Assembly (NCBI GenBank): GCA_963662275.1
Contig: OY759316.1
Coordinates: 2,144,001 to 2,208,000, forward strand
Origin: Candidatus Cloacimonadales bacterium
Lineage (GTDB): Bacteria > Cloacimonadota > Cloacimonadia > Cloacimonadales > DAONDQ01
Reading direction: 5' to 3'
DNA length: 64,000 bases
The notes under the pieces are model-generated. The model did not search any database. It was not told the DNA's origin and worked only from the letters and a program-made list of their open reading frames with translations. Made by a program: the position numbers and the translations under genes. This document shows positions 48,801 through 57,149 of the stretch, piece by piece (positions within the stretch are counted from its first letter, which is position 1; the number at the start of each line of letters is the position of its first letter).

Positions 48801-51335
48801 CTGGCATTGGCAAAAAGCAAGATCAATGATTTTGATAATTACTGGAGTTTTATCATGAAGCAGGAACCTGATCTTGCTCAAGGTAAAATCAGGATATTGA
48901 ATCCACTTGTTAAAACGTATTTCTATTATCTTTTTGAAGTGGGTCAGGTTAGGAAGATTCAAGTATTGATCAATAAAAATGCCCATATTAAGTTCGGCAG
49001 TAATCATGAGGAAGAATTCTTTTATAATATCCAGAGTTTAGTCTCTGTGCTTCAAAATGATCATGATGGAGCAATTCAGAATATCAATCTTGCCATGGAA
49101 TATGCGTTGAAAGTAAAAAATGATTATGCCCGTTGTATCTTGCTTAACCGTTTGATAGAATCATTGATTGCCACCAACGATACTGAGAAAGCTCGAGATA
49201 CTTGGCTGAAAGCCCAAAAGATAGCCAAACGCTATAAATATCAATATTGGCAATCCAACCTGGCTATCCTGGATGTAAAGATCAATCTTCTTTTGGAAGA
49301 TATTCCGTTACGTAAGATTTTACGTGATCTTCTCCATATTTGGACTATCATCAAAGAAAAGAGATATTTCCTCCTTGAAGTTGAAACACTTGGCTTGCTC
49401 ACGCAAATCTATCATGAAATGAAAGATGATACTATATCCTCCAATTATTTCAATCAGCTTCAAGCTCAAATGCAAACAGCTACAAATGGAATTCCTACGG
49501 AAGATCGTGATAGCTATCTTAATCTTCATTATGGAAATATCACAAAGGTTGATCAGTATAAGAAATACACGATTGTTTCAAGAACAAAGCAAGCTAAGGA
49601 AAAATGGGATGACCTGCTATATAGTCTCTTAAGATTGCAAAACACGGATAGAATCAAGTTCTTTATTGATAAAAGTATCCAAAAGATGATTTCTCCTTAT
49701 CAGTACAAGATATTACTGAAACAGGAGAAGTTTTCAGATTTCTCAGTTTTCCTGGAATTCAACTGTGAAAAAGACAATTTGCTTTCTGTAGAACACCGCA
49801 ATTATATTAGCCGTGCCCTTGATTCTGATGTTATGATACATCGGATAATTAATGATAAACACCTGATATTTGTTCCTTTGCGCATTAAAACAGCAAAAGT
49901 AGGATGCATGATACTGGCTGATAATGGTGAATTAGACTTCAATCGCTATGAACTGAATATGATTCGAACCATAAGAATGCACTTAAATACTATACTTATC
50001 CGTATCCAGGAATATGCAGATATGAGTCAGCGAATGAACCTGATGAATAAAATGATGGAAATATCGAGACACTTACTTGGTATTCTCGATATTCAGAAAT
50101 TGGAACATGAAATTGTATCTGACTGTATGGATTTTGTAGGCAGTACACGAGGTTTTCTAATCAAGCGGGACATTGTCGGGAACTATTTGTATGTGATTGG
50201 TTTAGATGAAGATAAGAAATTTGTGACAAATTATGCAATGGTTAGTAAAACAGTTCTTAGCGAAGTACAAAAAAGCCTCCACCCTGTTCTCTCGATGAAT
50301 GCCCAGGAAGATAGCCGTTTCCGTGAAGCAATCAGCGTCCAGGATTATATTCTTCATTCTCTATACTGTACTCCAATCCTGGTGAACGAAGAAATTTACG
50401 GTTTCCTGTATTTTGATAATTATCTTGATAATCGCAAGCAAATGGTCATCCGTGCCGATCTGATGAGTCTGATGATGGTGCAAGTTTCAATCGCAATCAC
50501 CAACGCCTTACAGTATGATAGCCTGATTAGAAAGAATAAGGAATTGCATACACTCGATGTTCTGAAAAATGATTTCATCGCTATTGTATCACATGAATTG
50601 AATACGCCATTATCTACTCTCCAAGGTTATGTTTCCCGCCTGAAACGCAATCTGTTTTCAGATGAAAATGATCGTCTTGACCTGCTCAGCAAGGTTGAAG
50701 GTAGTGTTCGCAAGCTGATAGTGACAACAAGTGATATTATCACAATGAATAAGTACAACATCATAACGCAACTGCCAAAGGTTCCCACACAGATCAGTGA
50801 AGTCATTGATATGTTGAGCCATGAAATAGACATACTTTCCAAAAATCGCAGGATGCAGTTAAAAATAGAAATTGAGGATAAGCTACCCCTCGTTGATATC
50901 AACTGGGAAGCTGTACATCTCATGATCTATAACATTGTACTGAATGCCATCCGATTTACACCTGATTTCGGTAATGTAGTCATTGGTGCCAGGCGTTCAG
51001 CTTTTCCACAGGAAAAACTGAATGAAAAGGAATCCCTTGTGATCTATGTCCAGGATAATGGTATTGGTATTCCGGAAAAGGAAATTAACAATGTATTCAA
51101 GAAATTCTACGAGTTAAATGAAGTATTGTCACATCGTTCAGGCGTTGTTGAATACAGAAGTAGCGGACTGGGACTGGGATTGTCAACATCAGCCAGGATT
51201 GTAGAATTACACCAGGGAAAGATCTGGATAAAAAGCAAAGAAAATGAAGGTACAACGGTATATATAGTCTTACCCTTTAAAAGTACTGAAATACCCATTA
51301 CAACAACTAAAAAACCTGAATGGGAATTAATTTAA
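45831..51335 (+). CDS. Hybrid Ser/Thr kinase - degenerate P-loop NTPase - TPR - GAF - histidine kinase
   Basis: Kinase LGTG, ALK, HKDLKPDN, DYG and YIAPE. P-loop-like GGDGQGKD. TPR-like helices. GAF (SLYCTPI...GFLYFDN). H-box SHELNTPL, N-box NIVLNAIRF, DNGIG and GLGLGL. Confidence 0.9.
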   Translation: MIIDSRYQVLESLGTGLWATVYKVQDIRTGNIYALKFFQQLDANELYEKFTPEDMHHITQIEHPNLIRVNDFGNVGKNIYYISDFYKGQSLSAYKFKTSNIELLYDIIVQICYALHALHTQDIIHKDLKPDNVLYQIVDSQPEVKVLDYGFYKIDMQKDHQKVTGSLPYIAPEVFLGHGAVPASDFYSLGVTLYRLTTGSFPFSLEQISALIAGNQQHFFPKFPREINPNVPQTLEKFILKLLEKNAEDRFNNVGEIITYINRTQLKQYPFSIQWSVVNYLKFNSYIVREDYSHQLLEYLPNINERNGLMLSLIGGDGQGKDNILSLMHYHLLNGDHFVFDYTCTRQHHDPFYALIKEFHQSMFADDSRFSYDLSRISQKFQKYIFDSEDTAKILDVSSAEALLDFESVKNYMIHLSDERPLVFIIRSANILTKQTMDFLNYCANDISKKRIFIVLSFNDFSKVNLLKHTVILKIQPITFEELKQYTTRLLKQQPPDLFLHKLEERSAGNPDFIKDILIDMTQKKLIWSDNSFHFEYDFADYKLPQRLLQSIYSRMSHLTEATYKYLMKLAIVCPPLTKDLIRFVLGISDQDLFSLLADGINNEILIKKGDHIFFSYLDTRERLISEGLEEDKIHVSRQVLRFFHGKQINNVIVCKGVIENAYWAEDYDSIRHLSLRLIELLDRDSLQDKAFDEICKIIELDFSKKIKLPLSEIIRDLVILQEKAELTGNVTQAIKLLRSIHKLPDIYEKYFTMGTLLLQTENHKSALDNFQKALKLSITGIQKVKVLLYLTLLYGRIGDDENYGLTLDALKDKKMTEDLNIFYIERLALFQYKKGFKENAIQLLENFLSTTSSIQNVRSLFRLGSLHNSLGFYYSNSKAISEACEHYQAALKIWEKINCQSRMGLILNNIGDLALIQGDTQSCLKNFHTAQEIADRLGMKRIEAQSLVNLGETYIKLGDFHLAESYLQQSMQISKTLEDKPFWDPIHSNLALAKSKINDFDNYWSFIMKQEPDLAQGKIRILNPLVKTYFYYLFEVGQVRKIQVLINKNAHIKFGSNHEEEFFYNIQSLVSVLQNDHDGAIQNINLAMEYALKVKNDYARCILLNRLIESLIATNDTEKARDTWLKAQKIAKRYKYQYWQSNLAILDVKINLLLEDIPLRKILRDLLHIWTIIKEKRYFLLEVETLGLLTQIYHEMKDDTISSNYFNQLQAQMQTATNGIPTEDRDSYLNLHYGNITKVDQYKKYTIVSRTKQAKEKWDDLLYSLLRLQNTDRIKFFIDKSIQKMISPYQYKILLKQEKFSDFSVFLEFNCEKDNLLSVEHRNYISRALDSDVMIHRIINDKHLIFVPLRIKTAKVGCMILADNGELDFNRYELNMIRTIRMHLNTILIRIQEYADMSQRMNLMNKMMEISRHLLGILDIQKLEHEIVSDCMDFVGSTRGFLIKRDIVGNYLYVIGLDEDKKFVTNYAMVSKTVLSEVQKSLHPVLSMNAQEDSRFREAISVQDYILHSLYCTPILVNEEIYGFLYFDNYLDNRKQMVIRADLMSLMMVQVSIAITNALQYDSLIRKNKELHTLDVLKNDFIAIVSHELNTPLSTLQGYVSRLKRNLFSDENDRLDLLSKVEGSVRKLIVTTSDIITMNKYNIITQLPKVPTQISEVIDMLSHEIDILSKNRRMQLKIEIEDKLPLVDINWEAVHLMIYNIVLNAIRFTPDFGNVVIGARRSAFPQEKLNEKESLVIYVQDNGIGIPEKEINNVFKKFYELNEVLSHRSGVVEYRSSGLGLGLSTSARIVELHQGKIWIKSKENEGTTVYIVLPFKSTEIPITTTKKPEWELI

Positions 51336-51353
51336 AGAAAAAAAGAGGAATTG

Positions 51354-54248
51354 ATGAAACAGGGAAATTGGAATACTTTGCTCCTGCTGCTTTTATTCAG
51401 CTTTGCAGCAATCTCATTAGTCGCAGATACAAACGACGACATCAGTGTAATTAAAGGTCTTTACCAGGATAATAACTATAACCTGGCATTGCAGGAAATA
51501 CAACGATTCAGGCAAACATATCCGAATGATGAGCTTCTTCCCGCATTACAGATAATTGAAGGTAATATTGCCCTCCATAAACAGGAATACAATTTTGCTG
51601 ACAGCCTCTTTGAATCCATTGATACAACGAAAATAGATGAAGACATGCAAGCTGATCTCTTATTAGGTAAAATCCAGGTGAAATACTACCTGGGTGATTA
51701 TTCATTGAGCAGTAATCTGGTATTGCAATATAAACAACGTTATCTAAAATCAGATGAATCCTGGCAGGCAATTTACTGGTCAGCCAGGCTGAGTATCAAA
51801 TCCCAGAAGTATGATGATGCTATTCAATCACTTCGTTCCATTGAAAACAGACCTGAGCATAATATAATCTACACAGGGCTTGTCCAAGCCTATGCCTTAA
51901 AACTTCAGATAAACGATTCTGAGAAGTATTTAAGGCTTCTGAAGGATGAATACCCGCAGGATGAGTTTACAAACCAGGCATATATCAATCAACTCCAGGC
52001 ACTTTATTCTCTTGGACAATATGATTCCATTCGAACTTATCTTCAATATTCAATACCGGAAAAATCAATCTACTTCATGGAATATCAGCTTGTGTTAGGT
52101 AAATCTTTCTATATGCTTCATAATTACCCGAAATCCCTGGAATACTTAAACCTTATCCAGCCTGAAAGCGAAGAAGCAAGATTCTATAAAGCGATGAACT
52201 ACTACCAGCAGAAAGATGATAACAAAGCAAAAAAGATATTTGTTGATCTTTCCGATCATGCCAGGAATACTCTCATTCGTTCCAGTAGTTTCCTTCAAAA
52301 CCAGATCATTGTTTTTGAGACAGATCCTGAAGATTCGGATTTTAACCTGAAATTGTATATAAAGGATCATCCTAATGATCCTCTGATTGGAGCATACAAC
52401 TTTCAATTAGGCTATAACTTCTATCGGCAAAAAAAATACACTCTTGCTTCCACACACTTAACACAAGCAATTTCAAATCATATAGATTCGACTACGGAAG
52501 ATAAAGCTTATTATCTCATTGGGGATATCTATTACCTGACTGATGACAAAATTGCTGCTGAGTTATCTTTCCTGGATTACCTGAAACTAATACCCGAAGG
52601 TCAATTCACCGATGAAGTCTTATGTAAGCTGGGCTTTATCTACTATGACAAAAAAGATAACGAAACGGCAAAGGCATATTTCCAGAGAATTCTTGATAAA
52701 TACCGTAATTCAGACAAGTGGGCAATCAGTAACTTCTACATGGGTGAGATTAACTATTATAAATCTAATTATATCATTGCCAAACAATTCTATACTCAAT
52801 CACTAAAAGGGAAACTGGATAATTCCTATCTTTGGCTGAGGATCAGTCAATGTGATTATTTTGTTGAAGACTATACAAATACCCTTACTGATTTACAAAA
52901 ACTACCAGAAAAGAAGGAGTTTTTGTTTGATAAATACCTAATCCAAGGGAATGTATATTTTAATACGAAAGAATATAAAAGTGCCCTGGATTCCTATAAG
53001 ATAGCAGAAAAGAATTATCGAAACAAGGCGGAATGGGAACAAGTCATTAGCCAGGAAGCTTTAGTCTATTATTTGCTGAAGCAATATCCTGAAGCAACTG
53101 CCATCTATAAGCAATTGAGCCAGGAAGCATCTACTCCGGATAAGTTTCTGCTATTAGCTGCAAGTTCTGCCTACAGCGCACAGGATTATATGCAGGCAAT
53201 CCACTTATACAATCTCTATATCACTGATTATCCGAATTCAGTGAACCGTGATAAAGCTCAACTCGGGATTGCTGATTCACATTACAACCTGGGAAATTTC
53301 ACACAGGCAACGGTAGATTATCTGGATATTATCCAACGTTTTGAGAAGGGTCGTTTTTATGAGAATGTCCTGAAGTCCCTGGCTTGGAGTTTACAATTAG
53401 CCAAAGACCAGGATTATACAGATGCACTGAAGAATTTAGAAATAAATCTTAAAGATGCTGATCTGAAACTTAAAATTCAAAGAATCCACTTAGATTATGT
53501 CAAACACATGCAGGAATGGAATAAAACTGTTAAAATGGCAGATGAACTGATTCAATCCGGTACAACGGATATACAAATCAAAATGGTCAAAGCTGAAGCC
53601 CTGGCTAAACTGAAGAGATTCAGTGCTGCGGATAGCGTATACCAGGATATGGATCGGGAAACATTGGGAGCGGAAGCATATCTTGCTTGGGCAAATGTTG
53701 ATCTGATGCGTGGTGATAGTTTAGCTGCTCTAACTAAAATGAAGATTTCATCTGAAAAAACCAGGGATTCTATGATATGGATTCCTCTATTAACTCTCCA
53801 AGTCCAAATGAACGATCCGGATTTCCGTAAAACTTATACTTCCTTCATGAAAACAAATCCGGTTACTGGGTCTGAAGAAGCGGATCTGCTCTGGTGCGAT
53901 TGGGCTATCAAGCATAAACAATATGACGAAGTAAATACAAAGCTGAAGCAACTGGTAAAGACTAAGGACAGGCAAATTCGCGGAAAAGCTGATTTCCTGG
54001 AAGCGAAGTTTACTTTCTTAAATGATAGATTCCAAGATGCCATTCCAGAACTTGCAAGAATAAAATATCTATATCCTGAAATGAGTGACCTTGTCTTAGA
54101 ATCTCAATATATGCTATGCATCTCCTACATCCGAACCAAAGATCTTGATTCTGCCAAATTGATCTATTATTCAATCAAAGCCGATCTTAATGCTTCCCAA
54201 GTGTCTCTTATTGAAGAAACTCTTTCTCCTGAGGGAGGTGAAAGATGA
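51354..54248 (+). CDS. Exported tetratricopeptide-repeat protein
   Basis: Signal peptide followed by many TPR-like units (AYYLIGDIYY, AQLGIADSHYNLG). Confidence 0.85.
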   Translation: MKQGNWNTLLLLLLFSFAAISLVADTNDDISVIKGLYQDNNYNLALQEIQRFRQTYPNDELLPALQIIEGNIALHKQEYNFADSLFESIDTTKIDEDMQADLLLGKIQVKYYLGDYSLSSNLVLQYKQRYLKSDESWQAIYWSARLSIKSQKYDDAIQSLRSIENRPEHNIIYTGLVQAYALKLQINDSEKYLRLLKDEYPQDEFTNQAYINQLQALYSLGQYDSIRTYLQYSIPEKSIYFMEYQLVLGKSFYMLHNYPKSLEYLNLIQPESEEARFYKAMNYYQQKDDNKAKKIFVDLSDHARNTLIRSSSFLQNQIIVFETDPEDSDFNLKLYIKDHPNDPLIGAYNFQLGYNFYRQKKYTLASTHLTQAISNHIDSTTEDKAYYLIGDIYYLTDDKIAAELSFLDYLKLIPEGQFTDEVLCKLGFIYYDKKDNETAKAYFQRILDKYRNSDKWAISNFYMGEINYYKSNYIIAKQFYTQSLKGKLDNSYLWLRISQCDYFVEDYTNTLTDLQKLPEKKEFLFDKYLIQGNVYFNTKEYKSALDSYKIAEKNYRNKAEWEQVISQEALVYYLLKQYPEATAIYKQLSQEASTPDKFLLLAASSAYSAQDYMQAIHLYNLYITDYPNSVNRDKAQLGIADSHYNLGNFTQATVDYLDIIQRFEKGRFYENVLKSLAWSLQLAKDQDYTDALKNLEINLKDADLKLKIQRIHLDYVKHMQEWNKTVKMADELIQSGTTDIQIKMVKAEALAKLKRFSAADSVYQDMDRETLGAEAYLAWANVDLMRGDSLAALTKMKISSEKTRDSMIWIPLLTLQVQMNDPDFRKTYTSFMKTNPVTGSEEADLLWCDWAIKHKQYDEVNTKLKQLVKTKDRQIRGKADFLEAKFTFLNDRFQDAIPELARIKYLYPEMSDLVLESQYMLCISYIRTKDLDSAKLIYYSIKADLNASQVSLIEETLSPEGGER

Positions 54249-55720
54249 GATCGCTCTTGATTATAAGTGCTTTGGGAATGATGATCTCCAGCCTTATTTG
54301 TGTTGAACCTCAAATCAATTTGCCGGATGTTATCATCACTGGCGAACATACGTTGAAAGCTGATTTACCTGTATATGATGTTAATCTCTCCCATTACACA
54401 CAAACTGATACAACCAAATCTTTTCAATATGCACCGGAATTATTGCCTTTTGAATTACGCGATCCAAAACAGCATAAACATGAACAATGCGGTTACTTGA
54501 ACGGTATGGGGGGAAACAAAAAACAGATATATTTTGATGGAATGTATCATTCATTATCCAATCCGCTGCTTAATTTTGCTGCTGATGGATTTCAATATCA
54601 TTTGACTGCTTTTTGGAATCAGACTTATGCCCGGTTTCAATGGTTACCGGAATTTAATTCTGTAAATTCACAAGTCGCTGTACAATCCATTTTTATAGAC
54701 ACACCTCTTTCAGACAGTCAAACAGAAATAACAGGAGCTTCTCTTGGTTTTAAACAAAGACTGGATGCTATGTTTCCCAAATTTATGAAAGAAACAGATG
54801 TGTCCATTACCTACGTCAATGGACAGGAAGATGCTCACAAATTAACTCGCATCCAAGATTATAACCTGTTTATGAAGACGCTTATTCCTGTTACTACGAA
54901 TGACTTGCTTAATATTCGTTATGAGAATTTGAATCAGCATCCCCAAGGCGTTTTAGGTGCTTATTCTGATAGAATAGTGCAATTTCAACGTCTTGGTCTT
55001 TGGTTGGGAGTTGATAAATTGCATCTATACCCAAGCTTGGATCTGCTTTATATGTACCCAATTAAGAGCCTATTTGATGTATACATCAGCAACGATCCAT
55101 ATCTCAGGAATGAGGATATCATTAGTGCTTTTCGGATCAATCCCTGGCAGCATATTAATTCACTGAGAAGAAGTTATATCCAGGAAAAAGCTATGCTCAA
55201 TACAACCGTTGGCTTTGAAATGCATTCAATATTCCATGTAGCTCTTTCCCAAAAGGTTCAATACCGCCAGGATCTGCCAATTTATGTAAATATTCCATAT
55301 ACTCTTTACGATCGGAAATTAGATGATTGCTTTCAACAAAGTACAAATTTCATTATCGGATATGGAATTGATAAATTTATCTTACAAAATTCATTGACAT
55401 ACAATCAGTATAAATGTAATAGTCTCGATATTAACTGGCTCCCCTATGCAGGTATTTGGAAAAATAAAGCCATCTTCACATATCAGTCTTTATGGGGTAC
55501 TACAGAATGTGATGTCAATTATGAAACGATAAGAAAAGATCATTTTGGTAAAATGCTGCCTGATTCTTTTCTTATCAATCTAAAACAAGATTTTCAAATT
55601 CGTAGGAATGTGAGTATCAATGTGAAAATATTTAATCTACTGGATAAGCATTATATCCAATTCGCCGAGATACCTTATCAACAGTTCAATTTTTGTATCG
55701 GGGGAACAGGTACTTTCTAA
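54245..55720 (+). CDS. Putative outer-membrane beta-barrel (TonB-receptor-like) protein
   Basis: Signal peptide, DVIITG box-like motif, C-terminal FNLLDKHY...GTGTF ending in Phe. ATGA overlap with the TPR gene. Confidence 0.6.
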   Translation: MRSLLIISALGMMISSLICVEPQINLPDVIITGEHTLKADLPVYDVNLSHYTQTDTTKSFQYAPELLPFELRDPKQHKHEQCGYLNGMGGNKKQIYFDGMYHSLSNPLLNFAADGFQYHLTAFWNQTYARFQWLPEFNSVNSQVAVQSIFIDTPLSDSQTEITGASLGFKQRLDAMFPKFMKETDVSITYVNGQEDAHKLTRIQDYNLFMKTLIPVTTNDLLNIRYENLNQHPQGVLGAYSDRIVQFQRLGLWLGVDKLHLYPSLDLLYMYPIKSLFDVYISNDPYLRNEDIISAFRINPWQHINSLRRSYIQEKAMLNTTVGFEMHSIFHVALSQKVQYRQDLPIYVNIPYTLYDRKLDDCFQQSTNFIIGYGIDKFILQNSLTYNQYKCNSLDINWLPYAGIWKNKAIFTYQSLWGTTECDVNYETIRKDHFGKMLPDSFLINLKQDFQIRRNVSINVKIFNLLDKHYIQFAEIPYQQFNFCIGGTGTF

Positions 55721-56913
55721 TGAAAAAAATGATCCCATCTTTTGATTACTGGTTACTAGACCCGAATCTACAGGACATACTTCTAACTGCTGAACAAACC
55801 GCAGAATGGAATAAAGTAAACTTTAAACATGATCCTGTTTTCTGTGATTTGGTTTCTTTAAGTCCGGCAAAGGACAGGAGTGATATCAGGACTGCAATAG
55901 AAGAATGCGATACAAGTAAAATACTGAATTATTATGATACTGGGGGAAAGCTCTTTACGGAGCAGTTTGTCAGTAATATGCAAAAGCTCATCAATATCCC
56001 TCAGCCTGGTACTTCAGGTGCTAGGAAGTATGGGCTTGCCATTGAAAGATGTAATCTTCGCTCTTTCCCTACAAACGTCATCGCAATGAATGATGATTTA
56101 GACCCTGAAGTGGATCGTTTCCAGGAAAGTGCGATTTATCCCCTTGAACCAGTTGTAATTTTACATACAAGTTCAGATTCCAAATGGTATTTCATACAAA
56201 CCTATAACTATCGTGGATGGGTGCAGGTTTCTTCTGTGGATTCACTGGGGTATAATGATTTTGTTCAGTGCATTAAGGACTTTGGATTTTGGTATGTGAC
56301 GCAGGATTTTGTTACCTTACAGCTTAAAACTGCTGTCTCAACCTACCGCGAGATTCAAATGCCTATGGGGTCAAGAATTCCACGTTTTTTACTCGAGAAC
56401 AAATTAAGCTGGATGGTTATCAGATGTGATTTGAACCAGAAATGGCTGCGAACGAAACCATTGGAATGCTCCCTGGCAAATATCACTTATCTGGCAATGA
56501 TGTGTGTGGGACAACAGTATGATTGGGGTGGAAAAAAGGGATATCGTGACTGTTCTTCATTTATCACGGATATCTTTCGATGCCATGGTATTCAATTAGC
56601 CCGCAATGCCAATCAACAAGCAAACAGCCTCAGTAGCGTCGAATTCCACGTAAAAACAAATGAAGATCTTAATAATCTGAAGCCTGGATGTCTTATCTTT
56701 ATTACCGGACATGTGATGTTATACCTCGGGAAACATGATGATGAACATTACGTGGTTCATGCTGTCAAAGAGTTTTATACAATGGAAAATGGTGTTCTAG
56801 AGAAATCTCGCTTGACCGGAGTGCAGATTACGCCTTTGGATATTTTCATGAAGAATGGAGATAGCTATATTTCGAACATTTATGCCGTTTGCGAAATAAA
56901 ACCAATTGCTTAA
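55720..56913 (+). CDS. SH3 + NlpC/P60 peptidoglycan peptidase
   Basis: SH3-like RSFPT...DRFQES...KWYF...GWV. Catalytic YDWGG...DCSSF, GHVMLY and VHA. TAATG overlap with the upstream stop. Confidence 0.85.
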   Translation: MKKMIPSFDYWLLDPNLQDILLTAEQTAEWNKVNFKHDPVFCDLVSLSPAKDRSDIRTAIEECDTSKILNYYDTGGKLFTEQFVSNMQKLINIPQPGTSGARKYGLAIERCNLRSFPTNVIAMNDDLDPEVDRFQESAIYPLEPVVILHTSSDSKWYFIQTYNYRGWVQVSSVDSLGYNDFVQCIKDFGFWYVTQDFVTLQLKTAVSTYREIQMPMGSRIPRFLLENKLSWMVIRCDLNQKWLRTKPLECSLANITYLAMMCVGQQYDWGGKKGYRDCSSFITDIFRCHGIQLARNANQQANSLSSVEFHVKTNEDLNNLKPGCLIFITGHVMLYLGKHDDEHYVVHAVKEFYTMENGVLEKSRLTGVQITPLDIFMKNGDSYISNIYAVCEIKPIA

Positions 56914-56915
56914 CC

Positions 56916-57148
56916 GTAGAGACGACCAACCTGGGCGTCTTATTATGTTCAACCAATCATAAATAAGTAGAGACGACCGACCTGGGCGTCTAATTCTGTT
57001 CAACCAATCACAAATAAGTAGAGACGACCAACCTGGGCGTCTAATTCTGTTCAACCAATCACAAATAAGTAGAGACGCCCAACCTGGGCGTCTAATTCTG
57101 TTCAACCAATCATATATATCATGAGACGCCCAGGTTGGGCGTCTCTAC
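56916..57148. repeat. GTAG-type REP cluster: four 51-bp direct units plus one inverted REP
   Basis: GTAGAGACG(A/C)CC(A/G)ACCTGGGCGTCT plus a conserved linker at 56916, 56967, 57018 and 57069. Inverted copy ends ...GGGCGTCTCTAC at 57148. Confidence 0.9.
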
Positions 57149-57149
57149 T

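Noticed and set aside
56797..57105. 102-aa repetitive ORF (NRIRRPGW...) on the minus strand
   Set aside because: It is a translation of the 51-bp (17-codon) REP repeats, antisense to the NlpC/P60 gene end.
56916..57148. CRISPR array (25-bp palindrome + 26-bp spacer)
   Set aside because: The would-be spacers are near-identical and the last unit is inverted, which fits a REP/BIME-like cluster.
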